Assembly (NCBI GenBank): GCA_965644295.1
Contig: CBFFRP010000412.1
Span: 62,001 to 126,000 of the forward strand
Length of the DNA: 64,000 nucleotides
Direction: 5' to 3'
DNA from: Paraphysomonas bandaiensis
Lineage: Eukaryota; Protista; Chrysophyceae
The notes under the pieces were generated by a model that saw only the letters and a program-made list of their open reading frames with translations, ran no database searches and was not told where the DNA came from. Below are positions 1-10,416 of the stretch, one piece after another; position 1 is the first letter of the stretch, and every line of letters starts with the position of its first letter. The position numbers were made by a program, and so were the translations under genes.

Positions 1-2349
1 AATATATTGCAATATATTAGTATGACTAATCAGTAAGTAAACACATCCGTAGATTCCATTTTTAGTATTAGTCATTAAGATCACATGGCAACCAATCCCA
101 CAACTGCTTATAGCTAATAAAACTCCACCTCATCCTCATCCGATGAGCCACCATCGTTGACGTCAACATCACCATATTCATCCAAAATTAATTCTTAGGC
201 TGCTTAAAATGTGCCGAATGAGAGGTCTAATGCCTTGGTCAGGTCGTGTCACAACTCCATCCTTTTTTCGCTTCTCTTTGCTACCGAGGAGTTCATTGAC
301 CGCAAGGTTAAGTCGATGAGATGCATATCCAACTAGAGGGTTACACCTATAAATTATTGGAAAAGTTATAACAGACAAACAAAAGTTACTCAAACAAAGG
401 TATTACCGGAATCGTTTGCCAGCTTTCTGGTTTTAGCGCAGTTGTCCCCAATGTAGAACCATCAATAACGCAAACATTATCAGCATTAACCACTTTACCC
501 ACTCAAAAAAACGTTTTTTGCTTTGTCCGAAGGTTGGAAAACAAAGCATCCATGGGAACAATAAAACTTTTTTTCCTAGCCCTGCTTGTGAGGTATGATG
601 TAAAACGCATTTATAGCTTCTGCATATCTTAATAATGTGTTCAGGGAACATTTATAATGTTAAGTATTTTGTAGTACATCGCAAGACATAACTGACGGAT
701 ACGCAACCACCAAAACTTCATAGGACAAACCGGTGGACGTATGACTCCGACGTTTCAGTTAGCCTCACCATAGACAACACATCTATTTGATCTTCTGTAT
801 CTTATAACCTCCACGTATGATTTCTGATCCTCATCGGATCAATCACACCACAAAAACGAGAGCACCCGAACTACTCTCTGGCAAAATACGAAGGGACAAT
901 CTCCTCCCTGAAATCTCATCCGCCGAATTGACTTATTTTGGGTGTTCCCCACGAAGCCGGCGTAGATGAAGACCCACCTCTCTTGTCGTCACAAGAACGA
1001 GGTTTTTAGTACAGCCACATCATCTATATCGACTATACGATGGCCGAACTCAGCACTCCATCTATCTCACTTGTGCCCCCATCGATAGCACTGCACCCCC
1101 ATCCACACAGTCAGACACATTACTGAATCACCGTGCTCACACTTTATAAAATATACTGGTTTTATATCCTATATACTGTATGTTTCTACTATACAAAGTA
1201 GTATCACTCCAGCACTACAAGTCGTACTGACTCTCTCTCCAGTTACATTCCAATGGTTAAACTTCAGCAGTTGTTTCCAACTACCATCCGCTACCGTGTC
1301 AAGTTATGACACAATTGGATGATTTACTAAAAGTTAACTGGACGTGTATTTACTCGTTAATCAAGTTAAGATGAGGGAAGATTAAGATTAATAAACTATA
1401 TATCACGTTATCTCTACTACCACTCATTTCTTATATGGTCACTATCTTCTTGTATGGTCAATATATATTCAGTTCTCATTACTTCTCATAATACAGTTAA
1501 CCACTACTGTATTCTCCAGTAACAATTATGGACTAGAAGCATTGGGTAGCCACTCAACATGATGGCATCGAATAAACCAATTTGATGATTTAATTCGTCA
1601 GTACCCTTGAATGAAATTTCACCTGGGTGCTGACGCGGAAATTGTTCAAAATACAGATTTCGAGAGAGCAGAGCAGAAAGCACAGGTGCGATGCCTTTTT
1701 GGTTAATGATGTTCCTGCACACGAAGGTGAACTTGAAGAAAAAGGTGAGGAGGAAGACGACGCTCTTCGTTTACGTAAAGACAACGGAAAGCGCCAAAAA
1801 CCATTCATCAAACTTCCAACACAATATACGATATTCGTATAGTACTACCAATGATTATTTAGCAGAGCTAAGATTGTTATGACTAGATTTATACAAGCGA
1901 ATAAAACCTAGATAGACACCTTGAAATGTTAGTGTTCAGAAAGTTATTCTAAGCTCTATAAATAGTATTAATTGCATATTGCCAATAATTGGATGCTGTT
2001 ATTGTTTGACAGCTGTCAGTCTAACAGTACAATTAGGAGTGTGTCATTAGTCTTACAGTATCGCGATGAGTGTATCATCAGACTGCCTCGTGGGTATGTC
2101 GTCCGGTGTATTCAGGTACTCTGTACTGCAAGAGCGTTTTAGTACTGTTCACTGTATTACCACAGCATAAATATGTTGTAAGGAAGGTCTCTTACAAAAT
2201 CGTTCTTGCCCTGAGTTTGTCATTGTGTACGCAAACAAACATATTGCTTTATGTCCCTCCACAGCTAGCTCTTCGATACGTTGCATCTCATGATGATACG
2301 GGGGAGTCATAAGTGGTGAGCTGTGACCATACTTACTACGCAACTGCTG

Positions 2350-3455
2350 TGTAAAGCCGTGGGCTTTTATAACACCCTTGTCTCATGTTTAATGATATAA
2401 TATTATGATAATGACACTGACTAATATAACTCCAATACAACTATGATATTCATTTAAGGCATGTAGCTGGTTTAATATAGGAAACGAATGTAGTAAATGT
2501 TTATTATTATATTATGAGAGAACTGTGAGGAAGAAGAGTACTAGGACTTGCCCTCGAGCACACAATTTCGGTTTTGAGCAATGGATTTCTACTCACTGGT
2601 ATACACCTATATTCATATGGTAGTCGGTGTCGGTGTTATAGCGATTTAAGTAGCTCGTTGGACTCAGCTATACGACTATTTGCTGTTATCACACTCCATC
2701 AATTTTCTCCGGAAGGTGCACAAATTGGAAAGGGGCCTTAGGCATATGGCGAGAGGACGGTATGGGTGATATATGATACAGATATGAAGGTGTAACTTTC
2801 GTTGGGAATGTTAATCGAAATCGATATGTGTTAATGCATTTAACGTTTGGAATGAGATTGAGTTTATCATGAAATGAGCTGGCGAATTTTTAGTGACTCG
2901 AAAACTAGTGTTTTCTGTTTTTTTGGGACTCTATAATTGGTGATTTCTTGCAAGACTCGGGAATTGGTTGTTTTGGGGTCTTTGTAGCTCAGAAATCGGA
3001 GATTTTACTGTAAGATTCCAAAACCGGTGGTTTTGGGGTTTTCGGTCCCGAAATCGGGGATTTTGGTTTTTTCGGGACCAGTAAACTGGCGGTTTTCTGT
3101 GAGGACGTTTTCTAGGCTTATTTCAGTTCGCATTTTGGGTACAATGGACATGGGACATGAACTGTATTCAGTGTACTGCATGTATGGTCATATTTATTGA
3201 ACGGTGCTGGTTGTTTGCTTGGCATGTGTACTATGGGGGTCTTAGACTAGGAATCTGTCTTCTCACTTTTTTATCTAACTAATCATAGCTAAGTTAATTG
3301 ATCTACCTTTTGGGAGCTTAAGGTTGCGAGATACTTGGGAGCTTGTATATCTGGCTGTGATAAGTTAAATAAGCATTCTGTTTTGTTGTTTCGATAAACA
3401 ACCATTTCACATATCTTTTCAGTGATCTTAGGTTGCAAGACCTGAGTTGTTTACA
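2350..3455 (+). repeat. 5' LTR of outer Gypsy (1106 bp)
   Basis: Appears identical by eye to 14387-15492; TG...CA termini. Confidence 0.96.
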
Positions 3456-3521
3456 GTAAATTTACTCACGATAAAATCACATAAGTGAAGAATAGTTTTA
3501 AGGAAATAGATTTTTTAAATT

Positions 3522-4063
3522 ATGTCTGATTCGGGCAGTCCCATTGTCTCTTCCGAAATGGATGAAATCAAAGGAATGTTGAGAGTAATCGCTAATGAGT
3601 TAGGAGAGGTTGCAAAGTTGTGTGCAACGACCGCTGGTAGGGTGGACCACCTTGAGACAAGGGTTGCCATAGGAGAGGGACAGTTTCTGGATGAGCTGGC
3701 AGCGGTTCAGCAGGAGGTCAATGATAGTGTCGGTGCCAGACGAGAGGAGCAGGATGATGAATCTGCTGAAGATCCGAAACAGAAAAAGAAGGAAAGGCGA
3801 ACTTCTGTGTTTATTAGGGAAGCGCAAGGCTCGGATGACATAGAGGTTAGGAAACAGGTCGTTATCAATGTTGAAAAACCGCCACATAAGCATATTTTTC
3901 TGGATTCGATGGAGCTCAGCGATTTTACAAAGTTTATCATCCAATGGTTTGAATACGAACAGATCAATGGGATTAAACTTGAGCCAGCCCAGATAGTTAG
4001 CAGGCGTGTTCGGAACCTGCTTATGTTCAACAATAGCTTGACGGATAAAATGTTTGTTAAGCT
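3522..4063 (+). CDS. gag: Outer Gypsy Gag, N-terminal part (interrupted by nested element)
   Basis: ORF starts 66 nt after the 5' LTR. Removing 4064-9500 rejoins it in frame (...MFVKL|SAQKFCELMAKE...) to the 9526-10413 ORF. Confidence 0.9.
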
Positions 4064-4358
4064 TGTGGGCTTGCATACATATGTGTATGTGTGCAAAGCA
4101 ATACCCAAGTACAGAAGTACAAAATAATGATTATTATCGTATAATGAATCATGAATACTAATACTGTCTACAATATCAACGGCTAATAATACTGTCTACA
4201 ATATCAACGGCTATTGCTAATCCCAACAACAATCACATTCCCTACAGTTTGTATTCCTAACTACATGGTACACGTATACAATACAGTACTGTACTACTAA
4301 TCATATAATACAGGACATGTACACGTATATATTCTATATGTAAGTGGATAGTCCTACA
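4064..4358 (-). repeat. 3' LTR of inner Gypsy
   Basis: Appears identical to 9202-9496; contains an internal ~28-bp tandem duplication (taatactgtctacaatatcaacggcta x2). Confidence 0.96.
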
Positions 4359-4423
4359 CTACCTCCCCTTATAATTGATGTGTTAATGTGTTATATTGAC
4401 ACTCAATTCTGTAAACTTTGTTA

Positions 4424-7400
4424 TTAATCTTCTTCATCAGAAGAATAAACCACATTTCGAGGTAGTAAATTTCTTACATTTTCATCAGGATGTTGAGTTA
4501 GGAAATTTTGTAGAGCATACGTTTTTCTAACGTTAGCCCATGGTTCCCATGTAGGTTTTTCATACCCTATCCAATGTACTAGAAATTTTATTTGACTTTT
4601 CGGACCTTTAGCTCGACCTTTTATTTTTGAAATATGGTCAATAGCATAAAAGTTTCCACCATCTTTACATGCCACTTGTAAGGGGTCAATAGTAGAGGGA
4701 TCGTAATTAAATTCCCTTAATTTCTTTATATGATAGTCTTTATTACGTTTAGTAACAATATCTTGAAGAGTATATTTATCTCCAATAACATTGACTACTC
4801 GCATTGGACCTTTAAGATATGGTAATAACTTACTTGCCGGTCCAGGACGTAAAGCATTTTGTCTATGCTCAACTAACACATAAGAATTTATTGGAAATTC
4901 TTTTGTTTGTATATTTGGTGCAGTTGCCATGTGGATTTCATCATGTTTGCGAAGATTTCGTCTTGCAATATCCATAATAGTGGACTGAACCTTTTGTATT
5001 CTATCTATCCAATGTGATAGCTTTTGTTCGTTCCCGTCCAAGTACTCATTGTGTTCAATGAATAAACTTTTATCTAAATCTACTGCATTCCCAAATAGAA
5101 TACTAGCGGGAGTAACGCCGGTGCTTCTATGTTTAGAAGAATTCATAATTCTTTGTACTAAAGGTAGATACATTGACCAATTATTTAGTACATTTTTATC
5201 AAATATAATATTCCTTAAGTGCCTTAAAATTTCTTTATTAGCACGTTCAACTATAGCATTTTCTTCTTTAGAATACGCCATCGAAAATGATTGATTACTT
5301 CCAACCATTTCTATCAATGATTTTGTTAAATCATCCACAAATGCTGGTCCAAGATCCGAATGAATCTCAATAGGTGCTCCATATCTACCCAGGTGTTGAA
5401 GCAATCCCTTTGCCGCCGCCATGGCAGTGAGATTCTTAGTAGGGATTAATTCTACCCACCTAGAAAAAGAATCGATAATCACTAATATATTAGTGTATCC
5501 ATCCTCATCTGGATGCAGACTCTGAATAAAATCCACTGCTATTCTTTGCATCGGGCCATATGTTGAGACAGTAAAGGGATGAGCATTAATTATTGGTTTA
5601 ATTCTACTCATCTTTTGACAACAAGGACAAGTTTTAATAAATTTTGTCACATGTGCCCCTTGCTTTGACCATTTATGACCATTGTCTCGTAATTTTTGTA
5701 TTGTACGATCAATACCATGATGACCTGTAACATTGTTATGAAATCTTTTAATAATTTCCCATTCCTTGTTTGGAACTTTAATATCGGGAATTAGGGAAGC
5801 ACATTTTGTTTCCATTTTAGATTCTAATGCACATAGTCTACTAAATGCATCAGCAACAACATTATCAGATCCTTTAATATCACATAGATCATAATCATAT
5901 GCTTGGAAACATTTCAACCATCGCTGAACTTTCTTATCCTTAGCGTAATCAGTTCTCAACTGAGTAATATTTTTATGATCTGTTTTGATCGTAAAGTATC
6001 TATACCTTAATAGGTAGTCCCATTTATCTAAGGCATAGTATATAGCATATCCTTCTTTCTGAGGTGTATCCCAATTCATCATTCTTTCATCGAATGTTTT
6101 ACTGAGAAATCCGATTGGACGTTCTACACCATCTACTACTTGGTAGAGGTATGCTCCTATTCCATAATCAGATGCATCGGTCAATAAATATATTGGTGAC
6201 TCGTCATCAATGAAAAATAATGTTGGACATTCATGGATCATCAATTTGATCTTTTCAAATGCTTCATTGGCATCCTCTGTCCATTGTAGACGTTTACGTC
6301 TATGATAGTTGAGAAGCATTTTATTTAACGGTCTCACCACTAAGGAGTGGTTGTGCACGTGATCCCGAAAATAATTTGCCAATCCGAGGAAAGATTTTAG
6401 ACCCTTCATAGTTTCAGGCTTTGGGAAATTTAATACACTATCCAGACGTTCTCTAGTAAAGTGTAACCCTTCCTCATTTAGAGTATGTCCTACATATTGT
6501 ACTTCGGACTCTCCTATTTTCACTTTCTCAGGATTAATGTAAACATTGTATTTCCTGAAGCGTTCTAGAACTTTAACGTAATTTTCAATTAGTTCATCTT
6601 CTGTAGAAGCATATATAATCAGGTCATCTAGATATAATTCACATATGAACATAATCAACCCGGCAAGCACAATTGTTGTTAATACTCGTTGAAAGTATGA
6701 TGGAGCACCACTCAAACCCATGGGTAGTCGGAGCCATTCGAATACTCCCCAGAAGGTTATAAATGCCGTCCACTTCCTCGAGTACTCTGAAATTTTAGCC
6801 TGGTAATAACCAGATACTAAATCCAGAATTATGAAGTATTTGGGTTTCTTAGACCCAATACGTTCTAACATTTCTTTGATGTTAGGTATTGGCCAACGTT
6901 CCCTCTGTGTGTGCTTGTTTAGACTTTTATAGTCTACACAGAATCGCCATTTATCATTTGGTTTGGGAACTAATAATACCTGGCTATAATAAGGAGCCGT
7001 ACTTGGTTGTATTATTCCATGCTCCACAAATGTATCGATTTGCTTTTTACAAGCATACTGTCGTACTCGATCCATCTTTCGTGGCGGACCACAATGTTTT
7101 GGTTGTTCCCAGGCATCCCTATCTACCTCTAATTCAAAAGGTGGAACATCCATTGGCATATCCGACACTGTGGTTTTAAATCTATCCTTATAGATTTCAT
7201 GGATTTCTCTCACCCTCCTTTGTAAAGATTCGGGACCAGAGATTTTAGTTGGTAACGTAGTACCTTCTACTTTTTCCTGAGTATTTGTAACTATTTCTTC
7301 TGGGATTGACTCCAGATAGTTATCTCTAATCTCGCCTATATCTTCCTTTTCATATGCACTTATACGCATGGATGATATTGGAGGTGAATACATAGTACTA

Positions 7401-8053
7401 ACCAAGCTATTACTTGTAAGTAAATTATTATTATAACTAAGGTGTTCCTTAGCTTGGCGCCTTAATGTTTCCATGTTATTATAACATGTGGCTCTCTCAC
7501 TAATATGTTCCGAGAGAAGCTGAGTCTTCTCAGCATGGCCCGCGGCCGTAGCTAGCATTTTCCCTGCTAACTCTCTTTCCATAAAGTGAGATGGAAAATG
7601 ATCAACTAATCTATATTTCTTGATAGTTTCTCTACCAATTATGATATCAAAGGTGCTATCTATTATCAAACATTGCAACTCAATATCAAGAGTATTGTTA
7701 TACTCATCAGTTAATCTTATAGTTATTATCATATATTGCTTGCTACTACAACAAGCATTATCAAGCGCACTACAAATTTTAATGTTACACTCGTGCAATG
7801 GAATATTATACCTAGCAACTAACATATCAGCAAGTTCTTGGTTAATGAAATTATTCCCAGTAGCCCCCGTGTCCAATAAGGCTTTAGCTCTTAGATTTTC
7901 CTTTACTTGTTTTCGATCTTGGAGGACCATCAGGATTCTCCACATAAGGGCAGGTACTCCAACCCATAACCGCATATTTTTTGCCCTGTGTGGAATCTTT
8001 CCATGGCTTCTTTTCATGGTTAGCCCATGCACAGGTTTTGCGGGTGCAGTCAC
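4424..8053 (-). CDS. pol: Inner Gypsy Pol (PR-RT-RH-IN-chromodomain); true start uncertain
   Basis: LLDTGA, LYLDD, TDASDYG, HHCC plus DDE integrase, and a FLVHWIGYEKPTWEP chromodomain. Overlaps gag in the +1 frame. Confidence 0.95.
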   Translation of the reverse strand: MTAPAKPVHGLTMKRSHGKIPHRAKNMRLWVGVPALMWRILMVLQDRKQVKENLRAKALLDTGATGNNFINQELADMLVARYNIPLHECNIKICSALDNACCSSKQYMIITIRLTDEYNNTLDIELQCLIIDSTFDIIIGRETIKKYRLVDHFPSHFMERELAGKMLATAAGHAEKTQLLSEHISERATCYNNMETLRRQAKEHLSYNNNLLTSNSLVSTMYSPPISSMRISAYEKEDIGEIRDNYLESIPEEIVTNTQEKVEGTTLPTKISGPESLQRRVREIHEIYKDRFKTTVSDMPMDVPPFELEVDRDAWEQPKHCGPPRKMDRVRQYACKKQIDTFVEHGIIQPSTAPYYSQVLLVPKPNDKWRFCVDYKSLNKHTQRERWPIPNIKEMLERIGSKKPKYFIILDLVSGYYQAKISEYSRKWTAFITFWGVFEWLRLPMGLSGAPSYFQRVLTTIVLAGLIMFICELYLDDLIIYASTEDELIENYVKVLERFRKYNVYINPEKVKIGESEVQYVGHTLNEEGLHFTRERLDSVLNFPKPETMKGLKSFLGLANYFRDHVHNHSLVVRPLNKMLLNYHRRKRLQWTEDANEAFEKIKLMIHECPTLFFIDDESPIYLLTDASDYGIGAYLYQVVDGVERPIGFLSKTFDERMMNWDTPQKEGYAIYYALDKWDYLLRYRYFTIKTDHKNITQLRTDYAKDKKVQRWLKCFQAYDYDLCDIKGSDNVVADAFSRLCALESKMETKCASLIPDIKVPNKEWEIIKRFHNNVTGHHGIDRTIQKLRDNGHKWSKQGAHVTKFIKTCPCCQKMSRIKPIINAHPFTVSTYGPMQRIAVDFIQSLHPDEDGYTNILVIIDSFSRWVELIPTKNLTAMAAAKGLLQHLGRYGAPIEIHSDLGPAFVDDLTKSLIEMVGSNQSFSMAYSKEENAIVERANKEILRHLRNIIFDKNVLNNWSMYLPLVQRIMNSSKHRSTGVTPASILFGNAVDLDKSLFIEHNEYLDGNEQKLSHWIDRIQKVQSTIMDIARRNLRKHDEIHMATAPNIQTKEFPINSYVLVEHRQNALRPGPASKLLPYLKGPMRVVNVIGDKYTLQDIVTKRNKDYHIKKLREFNYDPSTIDPLQVACKDGGNFYAIDHISKIKGRAKGPKSQIKFLVHWIGYEKPTWEPWANVRKTYALQNFLTQHPDENVRNLLPRNVVYSSDEED

Positions 8054-9152
8054 CTTTATGAAGATTACCGCATATCCAACATGCTTCCTTAGTATCAGTT
8101 GTTGCTTTAGTACTTGAGGATGAGCTGGAGGATGAAGTTTTTGTAGTCTTAGACTTGTTAGACTTAGACGTTTCTTTGGAATCCAATTTAGTTTCCATCC
8201 TCTTTACTTTTCTCACAGCTTGACTATAGTCATTGTTAAGCTCTCGCACCTTTCTACAGAATGCTCCGAAATCTTTTGGTGCAGATTGACCTTGGCCTAT
8301 ATCCGCTATAAATTTCTCTTTGGCATCCTTTCTGAAGGAATGTCCGCCCACAAGTTTAATGTTTTTCTTGAGGGTTTTGACTATGGTATCCGAGGCTACC
8401 TCTGTGAGACTTGCCTCCGGAATGAGCTTATAAAGCTCATTCAGACGTCCATATTCTTTTAAGAATACTTTAGGAACATGAATATCCACCTTAACCTTTG
8501 GTCCAATGATATTATCTATGAACCTAGGAAGAGGCTCCAATGTATCAGAGTATCGCTCCTCTTCCTCTAGAAAGGCTTGCTTTAACCACTGAATCAATTC
8601 CTCAGTAGTTACAATGTTTGGATCTAGCCAGTCCTCGTCAGACTCATCTCCAAAATCCTGCTGTCGCTGAAACTGAAGCATATCACGCACTGTTGGTGCC
8701 ATGATTTCTGACCTTATGAATTTTGTCCCTTTAGGATCTCTTTTCGAGAGATTTTCACAAAATTCGATGATATCCTCATCTTGCACACTACCTAAGTAGG
8801 GAATAGAGTCGGTATTGATTACTTCATGTGGAGTGGATTCCGTCGCAATGACTTCATTCAAGTCAATACGCTCACTCCTGTTGGGGTGCGGATCTCCACT
8901 CCTTTGCTTCTTTCTCTTTGGTTGAGAAGAAGAGAGCTCACGAAATGATACTCCACTCAATTCTCCTTCCGCCTCTACTGATGTTTCAGTTTGAGGAGAA
9001 GATTGCATTTGAGATGATGTTGTTGCATCTCTTGCTCGTTTCCGAGAGGATTCTCTCTCTCTTTTCGTCTTTTTAGACGAAGAACCCGAAGCAGCTAACA
9101 ATTCCTCTATTTGAGGAGCTGCTTTTATTTTGCTTCTCTTACTTTCCCCCAT
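7884..9152 (-). CDS. gag: Inner Gypsy Gag
   Basis: 422-aa ORF after the 5' LTR; CWICGNLHKGDC zinc-knuckle variant; basic C-terminus. Confidence 0.88.
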   Translation of the reverse strand: MGESKRSKIKAAPQIEELLAASGSSSKKTKRERESSRKRARDATTSSQMQSSPQTETSVEAEGELSGVSFRELSSSQPKRKKQRSGDPHPNRSERIDLNEVIATESTPHEVINTDSIPYLGSVQDEDIIEFCENLSKRDPKGTKFIRSEIMAPTVRDMLQFQRQQDFGDESDEDWLDPNIVTTEELIQWLKQAFLEEEERYSDTLEPLPRFIDNIIGPKVKVDIHVPKVFLKEYGRLNELYKLIPEASLTEVASDTIVKTLKKNIKLVGGHSFRKDAKEKFIADIGQGQSAPKDFGAFCRKVRELNNDYSQAVRKVKRMETKLDSKETSKSNKSKTTKTSSSSSSSSTKATTDTKEACWICGNLHKGDCTRKTCAWANHEKKPWKDSTQGKKYAVMGWSTCPYVENPDGPPRSKTSKGKSKS

Positions 9153-9201
9153 AATATTGTTATATCACAGAGATTGAGTACTACTTATTAAGTAATATTA
9201 C

Positions 9202-9496
9202 TGTGGGCTTGCATACATATGTGTATGTGTGCAAAGCAATACCCAAGTACAGAAGTACAAAATAATGATTATTATCGTATAATGAATCATGAATACTAAT
9301 ACTGTCTACAATATCAACGGCTAATAATACTGTCTACAATATCAACGGCTATTGCTAATCCCAACAACAATCACATTCCCTACAGTTTGTATTCCTAACT
9401 ACATGGTACACGTATACAATACAGTACTGTACTACTAATCATATAATACAGGACATGTACACGTATATATTCTATATGTAAGTGGATAGTCCTACA
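9202..9496 (-). repeat. 5' LTR of inner Gypsy
   Basis: TG...CA termini; lies upstream of the minus-strand gag ATG at 9152. Confidence 0.96.
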
Positions 9497-9500
9497 AGCT

Positions 9501-10413
9501 GAGTGCTCAAAAGTTTTGTGAACTGATGGCTAAGGAGACCAAGGTGTTGTCTAAAGTGGAGTTCATTGAGACTTTGCGATACGCGCTGAGATATTTTAAG
9601 CCACTGGATTGGAAATCAGTGCGGCCGAATACACATGAGCTGTTTTTTCAAGAGATTTTGAAGCGAAAGAGTATTTTTATGCGTACGTTTACTATCATGA
9701 TGGAGGCAAATAGTACTAAGTGTCCGCCGGTTGGAGGAAAAGAGTTTGGATCTGCTCAAGTATTTTTGGAGTTGATCGACGAGTCTTACAACAAACGAAT
9801 TCTGGCGGAGATTCCAAGAGTGACGGATACTAATTATGGTAATGTTGAAGAGTTTCTGGATACATACGTTTCCAAGGCGAGTGAGCATTATGAGGCGTCC
9901 AAGAACATTAGATTGGTGCCTTATGAAGGGTCCGATTTCAGTAGGAAGCAAATTCAAAGGAGTTCGAGGAATCGGGACAATGGATACGTTGCAAAGGAGA
10001 AACCGAAATCTTTAAACAACGTGCAGTTTGCGGACCGAGTTGAGGATGATTTCTACAGTGATTTAGATGACAAGGAGGTTGACCCGATAGTTGTGGTCAA
10101 GGATGACGGGATGTCAGATGATGATTTCGAGAATGAGGTTGAGGAGATGTTGCTCGGCGAACCAGAGTCTGATAAGGAAGCTATAGAACAGGTGATGAAC
10201 CTGGAGAAGACTGTTAATCCAACCCGTGGTTGTGTTGCGTATGCGTTGTATGGGAACTGCTACAAAGGGAAGGAGTGTAAGCATGTCCAGGGTCATAATG
10301 GAGCAGTTGCAACGGAAACCCGGAAATGGATGATGAAGAAGCTGTCTCAGATGATGGCAGATGACTCCAAAGGGCCGCGAAAGATTTTGCCGAGGCCTGG
10401 TGGAGTGACTTGA
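9501..10413 (+). CDS. gag: Outer Gypsy Gag, C-terminal part, with Cys/His finger
   Basis: Continues the 3522 frame after the TSD; C-x8-C-x5-C-x5-H motif near the end; reconstructed Gag is 484 aa. Confidence 0.88.
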
Positions 10414-10416
10414 CAA

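Larger units (their letters stand above)
4064..9496 (-). mobile_element. Ty3/Gypsy chromovirus-like LTR retrotransposon, nested inner element, apparently intact
   Basis: 295-bp LTRs at 4064-4358 and 9202-9496. TSD AGCT (4060-4063, 9497-9500). Minus-strand PPT aaggggaggtag at ~4359-4370. Intact gag and pol ORFs. Confidence 0.97.

Noticed and set aside
700-1500. Possible solo LTR (strand-biased, LTR-like composition); similarly ~17400-17850
   Set aside because: No second copy, clear termini or TSD could be established in this window.
2960-3100. TTTTGGGG runs as telomeric repeats
   Set aside because: Isolated, non-tandem occurrences within degenerate LTR sub-repeats.
3522-4127. 201-aa ORF as a stand-alone gene
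   Set aside because: Its last ~20 codons are read-through into the inner LTR; it is the interrupted outer gag.
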